A stretch of DNA of 64,000 bases, from positions 248,402-312,401 of the forward strand of contig CAYNBM010000001.1 in the NCBI GenBank assembly GCA_964395305.1, given 5' to 3'. A model generated the notes under the pieces. That model saw only the letters and a list, made by a program, of their open reading frames with translations. It did not search any database and was not told where the DNA came from. This DNA comes from an uncultured Rubritepida sp. (GTDB taxonomy: Bacteria; Pseudomonadota; Alphaproteobacteria; Acetobacterales; Acetobacteraceae). Below are positions 26,909-38,418 of the stretch, one piece after another; position 1 is the first letter of the stretch; each line of letters begins with the position of its first letter. A program made the translations under genes and the position numbers.

Positions 26909-27954
26909 TGGGGCTGTCCTGGCACGACTGGCCCTCGGGCATGGTGGAGCGGCTGCGGGCGGGGCTGTGCATCCCGGCCCATCCGCTGGCGCTGCGGGCG
27001 GATCGCAGCCTGGATGCCAGGCGGCAGCGCGCGCTGTCGCGCTACTACCTCGCCGCCGGCGCCGGCGGCCTCGCGGTCGGCGTCCACACCACCCAATTCG
27101 CCATTCGCGAGGTGGGCATGCACGCGCCCGTGCTGGAGATCGCCGCCAGCGCGGCGCGGCCGCAGACGCTGCTGGTGGCCGGCGCCGTGGGCCGCACCGA
27201 ACAGGCGCTGCGCGAAGCGCGACTTGCGAGGGCCTGCGGCTACCACGCCGTGCTGCTCTCGCTGGCCGCCTGGAGGGGCGCCAGCGAAGACGAGATGATC
27301 GCCCATTGCCAGGCGGTGGCGGCCGAAATGCCGCTTTTCGGCTTCTATCTCCAGCCCGCGGTGGGCGGCGTGCCGCTCTCGGCGCATTTCTGGCAGCGCT
27401 TTGCCGCCATCGACAACGTCGTGGCCATCAAGATCGCGCCCTTCAACCGCTACGCCACGCTCGATGTCCTGCGCGGCGTGCTGGAGGCCGGCGCGCAGGA
27501 CCGCATCGCCCTCTACACCGGCAATGACGATCACATCGTGGCGGACCTGTTGACCCCCTTCACGCTCAGCCATGCCGGCCAGCGCCACACCCTGCGCATC
27601 ACCGGCGGGTTGCTCGGGCATTGGAGCGTCTGGACCCAGGGCGCCGCGCGGCTGCTCGCGCAATGCCGGGACGCGGGCGCCGCCATCCCGGCGGAAACCC
27701 TGGCATTGGACGCCGCCATCACCGAGATGAACGCCGCCATCTTCGATGTCGCGCATGATTTCCACGGCGTGATCGCGGGCTGTCACGAGGTGCTACGCCG
27801 CCAGGGACTGCTGGAGGGCATCTGGTGCCTCGACGAGCGCGAGGGGCTGAGCCCGGGCCAGGCCGAACGCATCTCGGCCGTGGCCGCGCGCTACCCGGAA
27901 TGGACCGATGATGGCTTCGTCCGGGCGCATCTCAACGACTGGCTGTCCGATTAG
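26908..27954 (+). CDS. Dihydrodipicolinate synthase (DapA-like aldolase) family protein
   Basis: In-frame part of ORF 26638..27954, from MGLSWHDWPSG; the start overlaps the upstream stop (TGATG). TIM-barrel-like pattern, with VVAIKIAP as a candidate Schiff-base Lys strand. Family call is moderate. Confidence 0.65.
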   Translation: MGLSWHDWPSGMVERLRAGLCIPAHPLALRADRSLDARRQRALSRYYLAAGAGGLAVGVHTTQFAIREVGMHAPVLEIAASAARPQTLLVAGAVGRTEQALREARLARACGYHAVLLSLAAWRGASEDEMIAHCQAVAAEMPLFGFYLQPAVGGVPLSAHFWQRFAAIDNVVAIKIAPFNRYATLDVLRGVLEAGAQDRIALYTGNDDHIVADLLTPFTLSHAGQRHTLRITGGLLGHWSVWTQGAARLLAQCRDAGAAIPAETLALDAAITEMNAAIFDVAHDFHGVIAGCHEVLRRQGLLEGIWCLDEREGLSPGQAERISAVAARYPEWTDDGFVRAHLNDWLSD

Positions 27955-27959
27955 ACTCA

Positions 27960-27991
27960 AATCGCCCCGGGTCGAAACACCCAGGGCGATT
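27960..27991. terminator. Hairpin between convergent genes
   Basis: AATCGCCC (27960..27967) pairs with GGGCGATT (27984..27991), extendable with one mismatch. Lies in the 42-nt gap between convergent stops. No clear U tract. Confidence 0.4.
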
Positions 27992-27996
27992 GCGGG

Positions 27997-28878
27997 CTAA
28001 CGCCGGGTAGGCCCCGCCTCGCTCAAGGCCAGGTTCTGCTGCGCGAGATCGGCCGCGGGGCTGTCCGGCGCCAGGCTCAGCACGCGCTGCCAATCCGCCC
28101 GCGCGCCCGCGGTGTCGTTGCGGAGCTGCCGCAGGATGCCACGCTCCAGCAAGCCCTCGGGATTGTCGGGTGAGAGCACCAGAGCGCGCGCCACGGCCGC
28201 CAGGGCCTCATCCACCCGGTCGAGGTTGCGCAGCGCGGCGGCGCGGAACACCAGCGCCTCGGTCCGCTCGGGGTCGAGCGCCAGGGCGCGGTCCAGATCG
28301 GCCAGCGCCTCCGAATAGCGGCCCATGGTACCCAGCGAGACCGAACGGTCGGTCAGCAGGTCCGGATCGCCGGGGGAGAGGGTGAGCGCCATGGTGGTGG
28401 CGGCAAAGGCCCGGCCAGGGTCGCCCGACATCATCCAGGCCTGCCCGGCCTGGGCGAAGACGGCGGCCCGCGCGGCGGGGCCCGCACGGCTGCCGATGGC
28501 GAGACGCTCGAGCTGCTCGGCCGCGCGCTCGGGCTCGCCCACGGTGAGCTGCGCCAGGGCGGCGCAATGCCGCGCACCCTCGGCACCGCCGGTCGCCTGC
28601 CAGGCCTCGGCGAAGGACAGCGCGCCCTCGGGGTCGTCACGCAGCATGGCCAGGCAGCGTTCGTAATCCGCGCCATCGGCCAGGCGCGGCGGCTCGGGCG
28701 GCAGCGGCAGCTCGACCGTCTCCTCCCGGGCACCGGACAGGAACCACCAGGCACCGCCGCCGGCAGCGGCCAGGAGGATCACGGCCAGCACGGCGAGAAT
28801 GAGGGGGCGGGCGGACTTCACCTCGGCAATATAACCCACCTTGCTTTGGCATGCGAACCCGGCCCAGCCTGTCGCCAT
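27997..28878 (-). CDS. Tetratricopeptide-repeat protein with N-terminal membrane anchor
   Basis: ORF 27997..28899. TM segment LILAVLAVILLAAAGGGAWWF, then TPR-like repeats (ALADLDRALALDPERTEALVFRAAAL). Start uncertain. Confidence 0.7.
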   Translation of the reverse strand: MATGWAGFACQSKVGYIAEVKSARPLILAVLAVILLAAAGGGAWWFLSGAREETVELPLPPEPPRLADGADYERCLAMLRDDPEGALSFAEAWQATGGAEGARHCAALAQLTVGEPERAAEQLERLAIGSRAGPAARAAVFAQAGQAWMMSGDPGRAFAATTMALTLSPGDPDLLTDRSVSLGTMGRYSEALADLDRALALDPERTEALVFRAAALRNLDRVDEALAAVARALVLSPDNPEGLLERGILRQLRNDTAGARADWQRVLSLAPDSPAADLAQQNLALSEAGPTRR

Positions 28879-29707
28879 GGAAGCATGTTTGTTGATCATC
28901 GGTGGTGGCTATTCCGGCAGGGCGGTGGCCCGGGCGGCGGCGGCGGAGGGCTGGGATTGCGCCAGCACCACCCGCGCCGCGCCCGGCCCGGGGCAGATCG
29001 GCTTTGCCGGGGCCGGCGATGCCCTGGCGCGGACCACCCACCTGCTGATGACCGCGCCGCCCAGCGAATCGGGCGACCCCTTCCTGGCCGCGCATGGCGG
29101 CGCGCTGCCGGGCGGCCTGGTCTGGGCCGGCTATCTCTCCACGACGGGCGTCTATGGCGACCGTGGCGGCGCCTGGGTGGATGAGGCGACGCCGCCCAGC
29201 CCGGGCCAGCCCCGCAGCATCCGAAGGCTCGCGGCCGAGGAGGCATGGCGCGCGGCCGCCGCCGGCCGATTCGCGCTCGATATCTGTCGCGTGGCCGGCA
29301 TCTACGGCCCGGGCCGCAGCGCCTTCGACGATCTGCGCGCGGGGCAGGCCAGGCGCACCCGCAAGCCGGGCCACGCCTTCGGGCGGATCCATGTCGAGGA
29401 CATCGCCGCCGCCGTGCTGGCCGCCATGGCCCGGCCACCCCAGGGTGCGCGGGTGCTCAACCTCACCGATGACGAAGCGGCCGAAAGTGCCGTGGTGGTC
29501 GAGCATGCGGCGGCGCTGCTGGGGGTGCCGCCGCCGCCATTGGTCGATTACGCCGCGGCCGCGCCGGGCATGAGCGAGATGGCCCGCAGCTTCTGGGCCG
29601 AGAACCGCCGCGTGGCCAATGCGGCGACCAAGGCGGCGCTGGGCCTCGCCTGGCGCTACCCCAGCTATCGCGAGGGGCTGGCCGCTATTCTTCGATCAGG
29701 CGGCTGA
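28877..29707 (+). CDS. NAD(P)-binding (SDR/epimerase-like) protein
   Basis: ORF 28841..29707 trimmed to MEACLLIIGGGYSGRAVA. About 276 aa. Confidence 0.7.
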   Translation: MEACLLIIGGGYSGRAVARAAAAEGWDCASTTRAAPGPGQIGFAGAGDALARTTHLLMTAPPSESGDPFLAAHGGALPGGLVWAGYLSTTGVYGDRGGAWVDEATPPSPGQPRSIRRLAAEEAWRAAAAGRFALDICRVAGIYGPGRSAFDDLRAGQARRTRKPGHAFGRIHVEDIAAAVLAAMARPPQGARVLNLTDDEAAESAVVVEHAAALLGVPPPPLVDYAAAAPGMSEMARSFWAENRRVANAATKAALGLAWRYPSYREGLAAILRSGG

Positions 29708-30431
29708 GCTCGGCGATCAGCAGCGCCAGGTCCTGCGGGCGGGAGAGGCGATGGTCGCCATCCTTGATCAGGTTGATCCGCACATTCTCGCCCTCGATCG
29801 CCTCGGCGAAGCGCAAGGCGTGGCGCCAGGGCACGTCGGTGTCGCGCATGCCCTGCAGGATGCGGACGGGGAAGCGGAAGGGCAGCGGCGTGGTCATCAC
29901 CTGCTGGCGTCGCCCATCCTCGATCAACGCGCGGGTGATGGCGTAGGGCTCGCCATATTCCGAAGGGCGGTACCACACGCCGTCGCGCGCGATGGTGGCG
30001 CGGATATCGGGGGTGAATTGCGGCCACATCAGTGTCTCGGTGAAATCGGGCGCCGGGGCGATGCCGAGCATGGCATGCACCCGCTCGGGCGCCGCGCGCG
30101 CCAGCAGGGCTGCGATCCAGCCGCCCATGGAGCTGCCAACGAGCACCTGCGCGCCATTGGTCAGGTGGTCCAGCACCATCCGCGCATCGCCGGCCCAGCG
30201 GCCGATCGTGCCCTCCTCGAAGGCACCGCCCGAGCTGCCATGGCCGGCATAGTCGAAGCGACAGAAGGCCTGGCCGGTGGCGGCAGCCCAGGTTGCCAGC
30301 GCCTCGGCCTTGGCGCCGGTCATGTCGGATTTGAAGCCGCCTAGGAACAGGATGCCCGGCCCCCGGCCCGCGATGCGCCGATAGGCGATGGGCGTGCCGT
30401 CCTCGGCCGCGATGGTGCCAGTGTCTTCCAT
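29685..30431 (-). CDS. Alpha/beta hydrolase
   Basis: ORF 29685..30431. Carries ILFLGGFKSDMTG, the nucleophile elbow GSSMGGW, and DGDHRL near the C-terminus. Confidence 0.85.
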   Translation of the reverse strand: MEDTGTIAAEDGTPIAYRRIAGRGPGILFLGGFKSDMTGAKAEALATWAAATGQAFCRFDYAGHGSSGGAFEEGTIGRWAGDARMVLDHLTNGAQVLVGSSMGGWIAALLARAAPERVHAMLGIAPAPDFTETLMWPQFTPDIRATIARDGVWYRPSEYGEPYAITRALIEDGRRQQVMTTPLPFRFPVRILQGMRDTDVPWRHALRFAEAIEGENVRINLIKDGDHRLSRPQDLALLIAELSRLIEE

Positions 30432-30509
30432 GGGGCCTGCATATCACCGCTTGCGGGCCGGCACGATTCAGGGTGAGCATGAAGCCCATAAAAACCGGAG
30501 GAACAGATC

Positions 30510-31832
30510 ATGCAGGGCATCACACGCCGCGGCACGCTGCTGGGCACGCTCGCCGCACCCATGGTGGTGCAGGAGGTCGGCGCGCAGAGCGCCTTCGACT
30601 GGAAGCGTTTTCGTGGCGAACGCATCGAAGTGTCGGTGCAGCTCTCGCCCCGCGGCAACCTCCTCACCCAGCACAATCGCGAATTCGAGGAGCTGACGGG
30701 CATCCGCGCCGGTGTCGAGGTGGTGCCGGAACAGCAGCACCGGCAAAAAATCATCATCGAATACGCCTCCGGCCGCCCCAGCTTCGATGTTGGCGAGGTC
30801 AGCCTGCATGTGAACAAGCGCCAGGTCGGCCGCGCCCGCTGGAACACCGATATCCGCGCGCTGATCGCCGACCAGACCCTGACGGCGCCGGATTTCGATT
30901 TCAATGATTTCGGCCAGGGCATGCGCGAATATGCGACCCAGGCCGATGGCCGGATGGACACCCTGCCGGCCTTCGCCGACTACTTTATTCTGTATTATAA
31001 CAAGGAGTTGCTGGCGGCGAAGAACGTCGCGGTGCCGACCAGCTTCGACGAGATGTTCGACAGCGCCAAGCGCATCGAGGACCGCGGCCGCCAGATCTAC
31101 GGCCATGTCGGCCGCGGCCTGAAGAACGCCAATGTGGTGCTCTGGTCCAGCTACCTGCTCGCCACCACCCAGCGCGACATGATCAATGCCCAGCGCCAGC
31201 TCATCACCGACACCGACGACGCGATCTGGGCCACCCGCCAGTACCAGCGCTTCCTGCGCGATGCCTCGCCGCCCGGCTCCATCGGCTTCAACTGGAACGA
31301 ATGCCAGACGACCTTCATGCAGGGCCGCGCCGCGATGTGGATCGACGGCATCGGCTTCGCAGCCCCCCTGGAAGACCCCGCGCGCTCGCGCATCGCCGGC
31401 AAGGTCGGCTACGCCGTGGTGCCGCGCGGGCCGGCCAACCACCACTGCGCGCTGTTCGGCGCCGGCTACGGCATCCCTGAAGCCAGCCGCAAGAAAGGCC
31501 CGGCCTGGCTCTATTTGCAATGGGCACTGGGCAAGCAGATGCAGCTGCGCATGCTCGCCGCCGGCGCCGGTGTGCCCGCACGGCTCAGCCCCTTCACCAA
31601 CGAAGAGGTCATCGGCCAAAGCCGCTTCCCACGCGAATTCTTCGCCACCCTGCAAGCCTCGGGCCGCATCGCCCGCGCCGGCCTGCCGGAAATCCTGCCC
31701 GTCACCGAATTCCGCGACGTCATCGGCACGGCATTGACCAACACCATCGGCGGCGCCGACCCGGTGGCGGAAATGCGCGCGGCGACCGCGGCGTTCAAGC
31801 CGATCCTGGAACGGAGCGAGCGCGAGACTTGA
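30510..31832 (+). CDS. Sugar ABC transporter substrate-binding protein (family 1)
   Basis: ORF 30510..31832. Tat-like signal MQGITRRGTLLGTLAAP. A strong GGAGG lies upstream. Followed by two sugar-type permeases. Confidence 0.85.
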   Translation: MQGITRRGTLLGTLAAPMVVQEVGAQSAFDWKRFRGERIEVSVQLSPRGNLLTQHNREFEELTGIRAGVEVVPEQQHRQKIIIEYASGRPSFDVGEVSLHVNKRQVGRARWNTDIRALIADQTLTAPDFDFNDFGQGMREYATQADGRMDTLPAFADYFILYYNKELLAAKNVAVPTSFDEMFDSAKRIEDRGRQIYGHVGRGLKNANVVLWSSYLLATTQRDMINAQRQLITDTDDAIWATRQYQRFLRDASPPGSIGFNWNECQTTFMQGRAAMWIDGIGFAAPLEDPARSRIAGKVGYAVVPRGPANHHCALFGAGYGIPEASRKKGPAWLYLQWALGKQMQLRMLAAGAGVPARLSPFTNEEVIGQSRFPREFFATLQASGRIARAGLPEILPVTEFRDVIGTALTNTIGGADPVAEMRAATAAFKPILERSERET

Positions 31833-32077
31833 GGGTGGCGCGAGCTGCCCTTGAGAGGGCGCTGCCCTCCCAGACCCTCCCGCAAGGAGCCAGGGGCTCC
31901 TTGACCGCCTTCTGTTTTATGGAGGTTTCGGGAGGGGGCCATGGCGGTGGTTCTGACGGCGCGGTCGGTCAGCGGCCCCCTCCCGAAACCTCCATCAGAT
32001 GGGATCAAAGGGCCTTTCGGCCCTTTGCTGGGGAGTTTGAGGGGGCAGGGCCCCCTCAAGGGCAGCGCTCGCCACCC
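31833..32077. repeat. 245-bp nested-palindrome (MITE/BIME-like) intercistronic element
   Basis: Terminal inverted repeats GGGTGGCGCGAGCTGCCCTTGAG (31833..31855) and CTCAAGGGCAGCGCTCGCCACCC (32055..32077) match at 21 of 23 positions and extend imperfectly to about 39 nt. A perfect 20-bp inner inverted repeat lies at 31921..31940 / 31974..31993. Extra hairpins at 31855..31869, 31886..31900 and 32007..32026. Confidence 0.75.
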
Positions 32078-32079
32078 CG

Positions 32080-32949
32080 ATGACCTCACGCCGCAACTAT
32101 GCCAGGCGCTACGTCTGGTTTGTCGTGCCTGCCGCCTTCGCGGTGGTCGCCACGATTCTGTTTCCCTGGTTGTTCACCATCTATGTCAGCGCTTTCGACT
32201 GGCGGCTGGGTGGCGCGCGGGAGTGGGTGGGGTTTGCCAATTACACCAAGCTGTTCAGTGATGAGCGCTTCGGCTGGGCGATGCTGCGCACGCTCGTCTA
32301 CACCGCCATGGCGGTGGTGTTTCCGCTGATCTTGGGCCTGGCCGCGGCGCTGGTTTTCAACCAGAAATTCCCCTTGCGCGGCCTGGCGCGCACCGTCTTC
32401 ATCCTGCCGATGATGGCGACACCGGTGGCGGTGGCCCTGGTCTGGACCATGATGTTCCACCCCCAGCTCGGCGTGCTGAACTGGCTACTGGCGCAGGTCG
32501 GCATACCGCCCAGCATGTGGGTCTACAGCCCCGACACCGTCATCCCGACCCTGGTTCTGGTGGAGGTCTGGCACTGGACGCCGCTGGTGATGCTGCTGAT
32601 CCTGGGTGGCCTCGCCTCCCTCCCCGGCGACCCCTATGAGGCGGCGAAGATCGACGGCGCCACGCCCTTGCAGGCCTTCTGGCACATCACCCTGCCCTTG
32701 CTCGCCCCCTATATCGTGGTGGCGTTGATCATCCGCACCATCGACGCGCTGAAGGCTTTTGATACCATTTACGTCATCACCCAGGGCGGGCCTGGTTCGG
32801 CCTCGGAGACGATCAACATCTTCCTCTATCTCCAGGCCTTCGCCTTCTACAATGTCGGCTATGCCAGCGCCGTCGTCGTGGTGTTCTTCGCCATCATCCT
32901 GGCCCTGGCCGCCCTTTTGATGTGGACCAGGCAGCGGGTGCGGGTATGA
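32080..32949 (+). CDS. Carbohydrate ABC transporter permease
   Basis: ORF 32080..32949. Six TM segments. EAA loop YEAAKIDGATPLQAFWHITLP. Confidence 0.9.
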   Translation: MTSRRNYARRYVWFVVPAAFAVVATILFPWLFTIYVSAFDWRLGGAREWVGFANYTKLFSDERFGWAMLRTLVYTAMAVVFPLILGLAAALVFNQKFPLRGLARTVFILPMMATPVAVALVWTMMFHPQLGVLNWLLAQVGIPPSMWVYSPDTVIPTLVLVEVWHWTPLVMLLILGGLASLPGDPYEAAKIDGATPLQAFWHITLPLLAPYIVVALIIRTIDALKAFDTIYVITQGGPGSASETINIFLYLQAFAFYNVGYASAVVVVFFAIILALAALLMWTRQRVRV

Positions 32950-33764
32950 GGAAATTGCTGGGACGCATCGGCTTCGGCCTGTCGGTGCTGGTGCTGATTT
33001 CGCCCGCCATCCTGGTCTTTCTCTGGATGCTCTCGCTGTCGATGAAGACCGAGCTGGACAACACCGCCTTCCCGCCGGTGTTCATCCCCAACCCCGTCAC
33101 CTGGTCCAACTACGCCGAAGTCTTCGCCCGCAACGATTTTCTTCTCTACGCCTGGAATTCGGTGGTCGTCAGCTTCTCGGCAACCGGCATCGCGCTGCTG
33201 CTGGGGGTGCCGGCGGGCTATGGCATCGCCAAGATGCGGGCCATTCGGCTGGCCGGGCTCATTCTCATCGCCCGCATCACGCCGGGGTTGTCCTACCTCA
33301 TTCCGCTCTTCCTGCTGTTCCAGTGGCTGGGGCTAACGGGCACTCTGGTGCCCATCATCATCACCCATCTCGTCATCACCCTGCCCATCGTGGTTTGGGT
33401 GATGATCTCCTTCTTCGAGGGGCTGCCGGGGGAGCTGGAGGAAGCGGCCCTGGTCGATGGCGCGACCATCTGGCAGGCGTTCCGGCACGTCGCCATGCCG
33501 CTGGCCCGTCCGGGCATCACGGTGGCCTGCATTCTGAGTTTCATCTTCTCCTGGAACAATTTCATCTTCGCCGTGGTGCTGGCCGGGCGGGAGACCCGGA
33601 CCCTGCCGGTCGCCGTCAACAACATGCTGACCTTCGAGCAGATTTCCTGGGGGCCTTTGAGTGCGGCCGCGCTGCTGGTCACAGCACCTGTGCTCATCCT
33701 CACCCTGCTCGCGCAGAAGCAGATCGTGGCCGGCCTCACCGCCGGCGGGGTGAAGGGCGTGTGA
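32946..33764 (+). CDS. Carbohydrate ABC transporter permease
   Basis: ORF 32922..33764 trimmed to MRKLLGRIGF (ATGA overlap). EAA loop EEAALVDGATIWQAFRHVAMP. Confidence 0.9.
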   Translation: MRKLLGRIGFGLSVLVLISPAILVFLWMLSLSMKTELDNTAFPPVFIPNPVTWSNYAEVFARNDFLLYAWNSVVVSFSATGIALLLGVPAGYGIAKMRAIRLAGLILIARITPGLSYLIPLFLLFQWLGLTGTLVPIIITHLVITLPIVVWVMISFFEGLPGELEEAALVDGATIWQAFRHVAMPLARPGITVACILSFIFSWNNFIFAVVLAGRETRTLPVAVNNMLTFEQISWGPLSAAALLVTAPVLILTLLAQKQIVAGLTAGGVKGV

Positions 33765-33844
33765 TGCGGCCCCGCATTGGCGATCCTGCCGGGAATCCGT
33801 ATACCCCTTCCATGCCCTTCCACACCGCGACCGCGTAGCCCCGA

Positions 33845-36575
<2,731 letters not shown>

Positions 36576-36583
<8 letters not shown>

Positions 36584-37076
36584 GCGCGTGGGCCTTTATC
36601 CCGGCACCTTCGACCCCGTGACCAACGGCCATATCGACGTGATCGGCCGCGCCGCGCGGCTGCTCGACCGGCTGGTCGTCGGCGTCTCGATCAATATCGG
36701 CAAGGGTCCGCTGTTTCCGCTCGATGAGCGCGTCGAGCTCGTGCAGGCGGAGGTGGCGCCCATCGCCGCCCGCCACGGCATGATCATCGAGGTCAAGCCC
36801 TTCACCGGCCTGCTCATCGCCTTCGCCAATGAGGTGGGTGCGCGCATGATCGTGCGCGGCCTGCGCGCCGTCTCCGACTTCGACTACGAGTTCCAGATGG
36901 CGGGTATGAACCACCGGCTGGACAGCAGCGTCGAGACGGTGTTTCTCATGGCCAGCGAGACCAACCAGTTCATCTCCTCACGCTTCGTGAAGGAGGTGGC
37001 GCAGCTGGGCGGCGACATTTCCAGTTTTGTCCCCAAACTCACCTTCGAACGCACCATGGCGCGCGTTCGCGCCTAG
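36576..37076 (+). CDS. coaD: Pantetheine-phosphate adenylyltransferase
   Basis: [23 protein letters not shown]. 166 aa. Overlaps the gyrA stop by 8 nt. Confidence 0.95.
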
Positions 37077-37088
37077 GGAGAACATCAG

Positions 37089-37637
37089 ATGCTTCGCAGA
37101 ACCATCCTCACCACGGCCCTGGCCGCACCCGTGCTGGCCCAGGCTCAGCGCGCGACCGACCCGCAGAACACGCTGCTGATGCAGCTCAAGGACGGGCTGG
37201 TCACGATCCAGATGCGGCCCGATCTGGCACCGCTCCATGTCGAGCGCATCAAGGTGCTGACGCGGCGCGGCTTCTACAACAACATCGTCTTCCACCGGGT
37301 GATCGAGGGCTTCATGGCCCAGGGCGGCGACCCGACGGGCACCGGCACCGGCGGCTCCGATCTGCCGAACCTGCCGGCCGAATTCAGCCCGCCCGCCACG
37401 GCCCGCTTCCTGCGCGGCACCTGCGGCATGGCCCGCGCCCAGGCCCCGGGCAGCGCCAACAGCCAGTTCTTCATCATGTTCGCGCCGCAGCCGGGCCTGG
37501 ATGGGCAATACACCATCTGGGGCCAGGTTGTGGCGGGGATGGAGGCGGTGGACCGCATCAAGCGCGGCGCGGGCCAGTCCGGCATCGTGTCGGGCCCCGA
37601 CCGCATCCAGTCCATGCGTATCGCCGCCGATAGCTGA
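37089..37637 (+). CDS. Peptidylprolyl isomerase, cyclophilin type, secreted
   Basis: Signal peptide MLRRTILTTALAAPVLAQA. Contains FHRVIEGFMAQGGDPTGTGTGG. Confidence 0.9.
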   Translation: MLRRTILTTALAAPVLAQAQRATDPQNTLLMQLKDGLVTIQMRPDLAPLHVERIKVLTRRGFYNNIVFHRVIEGFMAQGGDPTGTGTGGSDLPNLPAEFSPPATARFLRGTCGMARAQAPGSANSQFFIMFAPQPGLDGQYTIWGQVVAGMEAVDRIKRGAGQSGIVSGPDRIQSMRIAADS

Positions 37638-37667
37638 ATTTTTTGAACCCAGGAATTGGACATTGCA

Positions 37668-38186
37668 ATGAGTGACGAAACACCGGCCACCACCGATGCC
37701 GAGAACACCCTGCTGATCGAGCTGAAGGACGGCGTGGTCACCATCCAGCTTCGCCCCGACCTGGCGCCGCTCCATGTCGAGCGGATCAAGACCCTGGCGC
37801 GCCAGGGCTTCTACAACGGCGTGGTGTTCCATCGCGTGATCGATGGCTTTATGGCCCAGGGCGGCGACCCCACGGGCACCGGCACCGGCGGCAGCCCACT
37901 GCCCAATGTCGCGGCCGAGTTCACGACCAAGGCGAAATTCCTGCGCGGCACCTGTGGCATGGCCCGCGCGCAGTCGCCCGACAGCGCCAATAGCCAGTTC
38001 TTCATCATGTTCCAGCCCGGCAGCTTCCTCGATGGCCAGTACACCATTTGGGGCCAGGTGACGGACGGTATGGAGACGGTGGACAAGATCAAGCGCGGCG
38101 CCGGCCAATCCGGCCAGGTGCGTGATCCGGACAAGATCATCAGCATGCGCGTGGCCGCCGATGCGGCGGAAACACCCGCGGCCTGA
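37668..38186 (+). CDS. Peptidylprolyl isomerase, cyclophilin type, cytoplasmic
   Basis: ORF 37656..38186. Contains FHRVIDGFMAQGGDPTGTGTGG. Tandem paralogue of the preceding gene. Start is 37656 or 37668. Confidence 0.9.
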   Translation: MSDETPATTDAENTLLIELKDGVVTIQLRPDLAPLHVERIKTLARQGFYNGVVFHRVIDGFMAQGGDPTGTGTGGSPLPNVAAEFTTKAKFLRGTCGMARAQSPDSANSQFFIMFQPGSFLDGQYTIWGQVTDGMETVDKIKRGAGQSGQVRDPDKIISMRVAADAAETPAA

Positions 38187-38196
38187 TTGACGTGAC

Positions 38197-38222
38197 GGCC
38201 GTGCGGCCTTAACCGCACGGCC
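38197..38222 (+). terminator. Perfect 10-bp hairpin downstream of the second cyclophilin gene
   Basis: GGCCGTGCGG-CCTTAA-CCGCACGGCC, followed by TGCTCGCTTT. Confidence 0.5.
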
Positions 38223-38244
38223 TGCTCGCTTTACGCGGGCGCGT

Positions 38245-38320
38245 GGGCCGGTAGCTCAGTTGGTAGAGCACGGGACTTTTAATCTCGCGGCCGCGGGTTC
38301 GAGTCCCGCCCGGCTCACCA
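38245..38320 (+). tRNA. tRNA-Lys (anticodon UUU)
   Basis: 76-nt cloverleaf folded by hand. Acceptor GGGCCGG/CCGGCTC (one G-U), D arm GCTC-AGTTGGTA-GAGC, anticodon stem CGGGA/TCTCG with loop CT-TTT-AA, T arm GCGGG-TTCGAGT-CCCGC, encoded CCA. Confidence 0.93.
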
Positions 38321-38418
38321 TGCCACGACAACCGCGTCGCACCCCGCCGCGCCCGGATGGACACCCGGCAAATTCTGACGGTAAAGCCTCCGGGCAACAC
38401 GCCTGGAGGGCCACCCCA

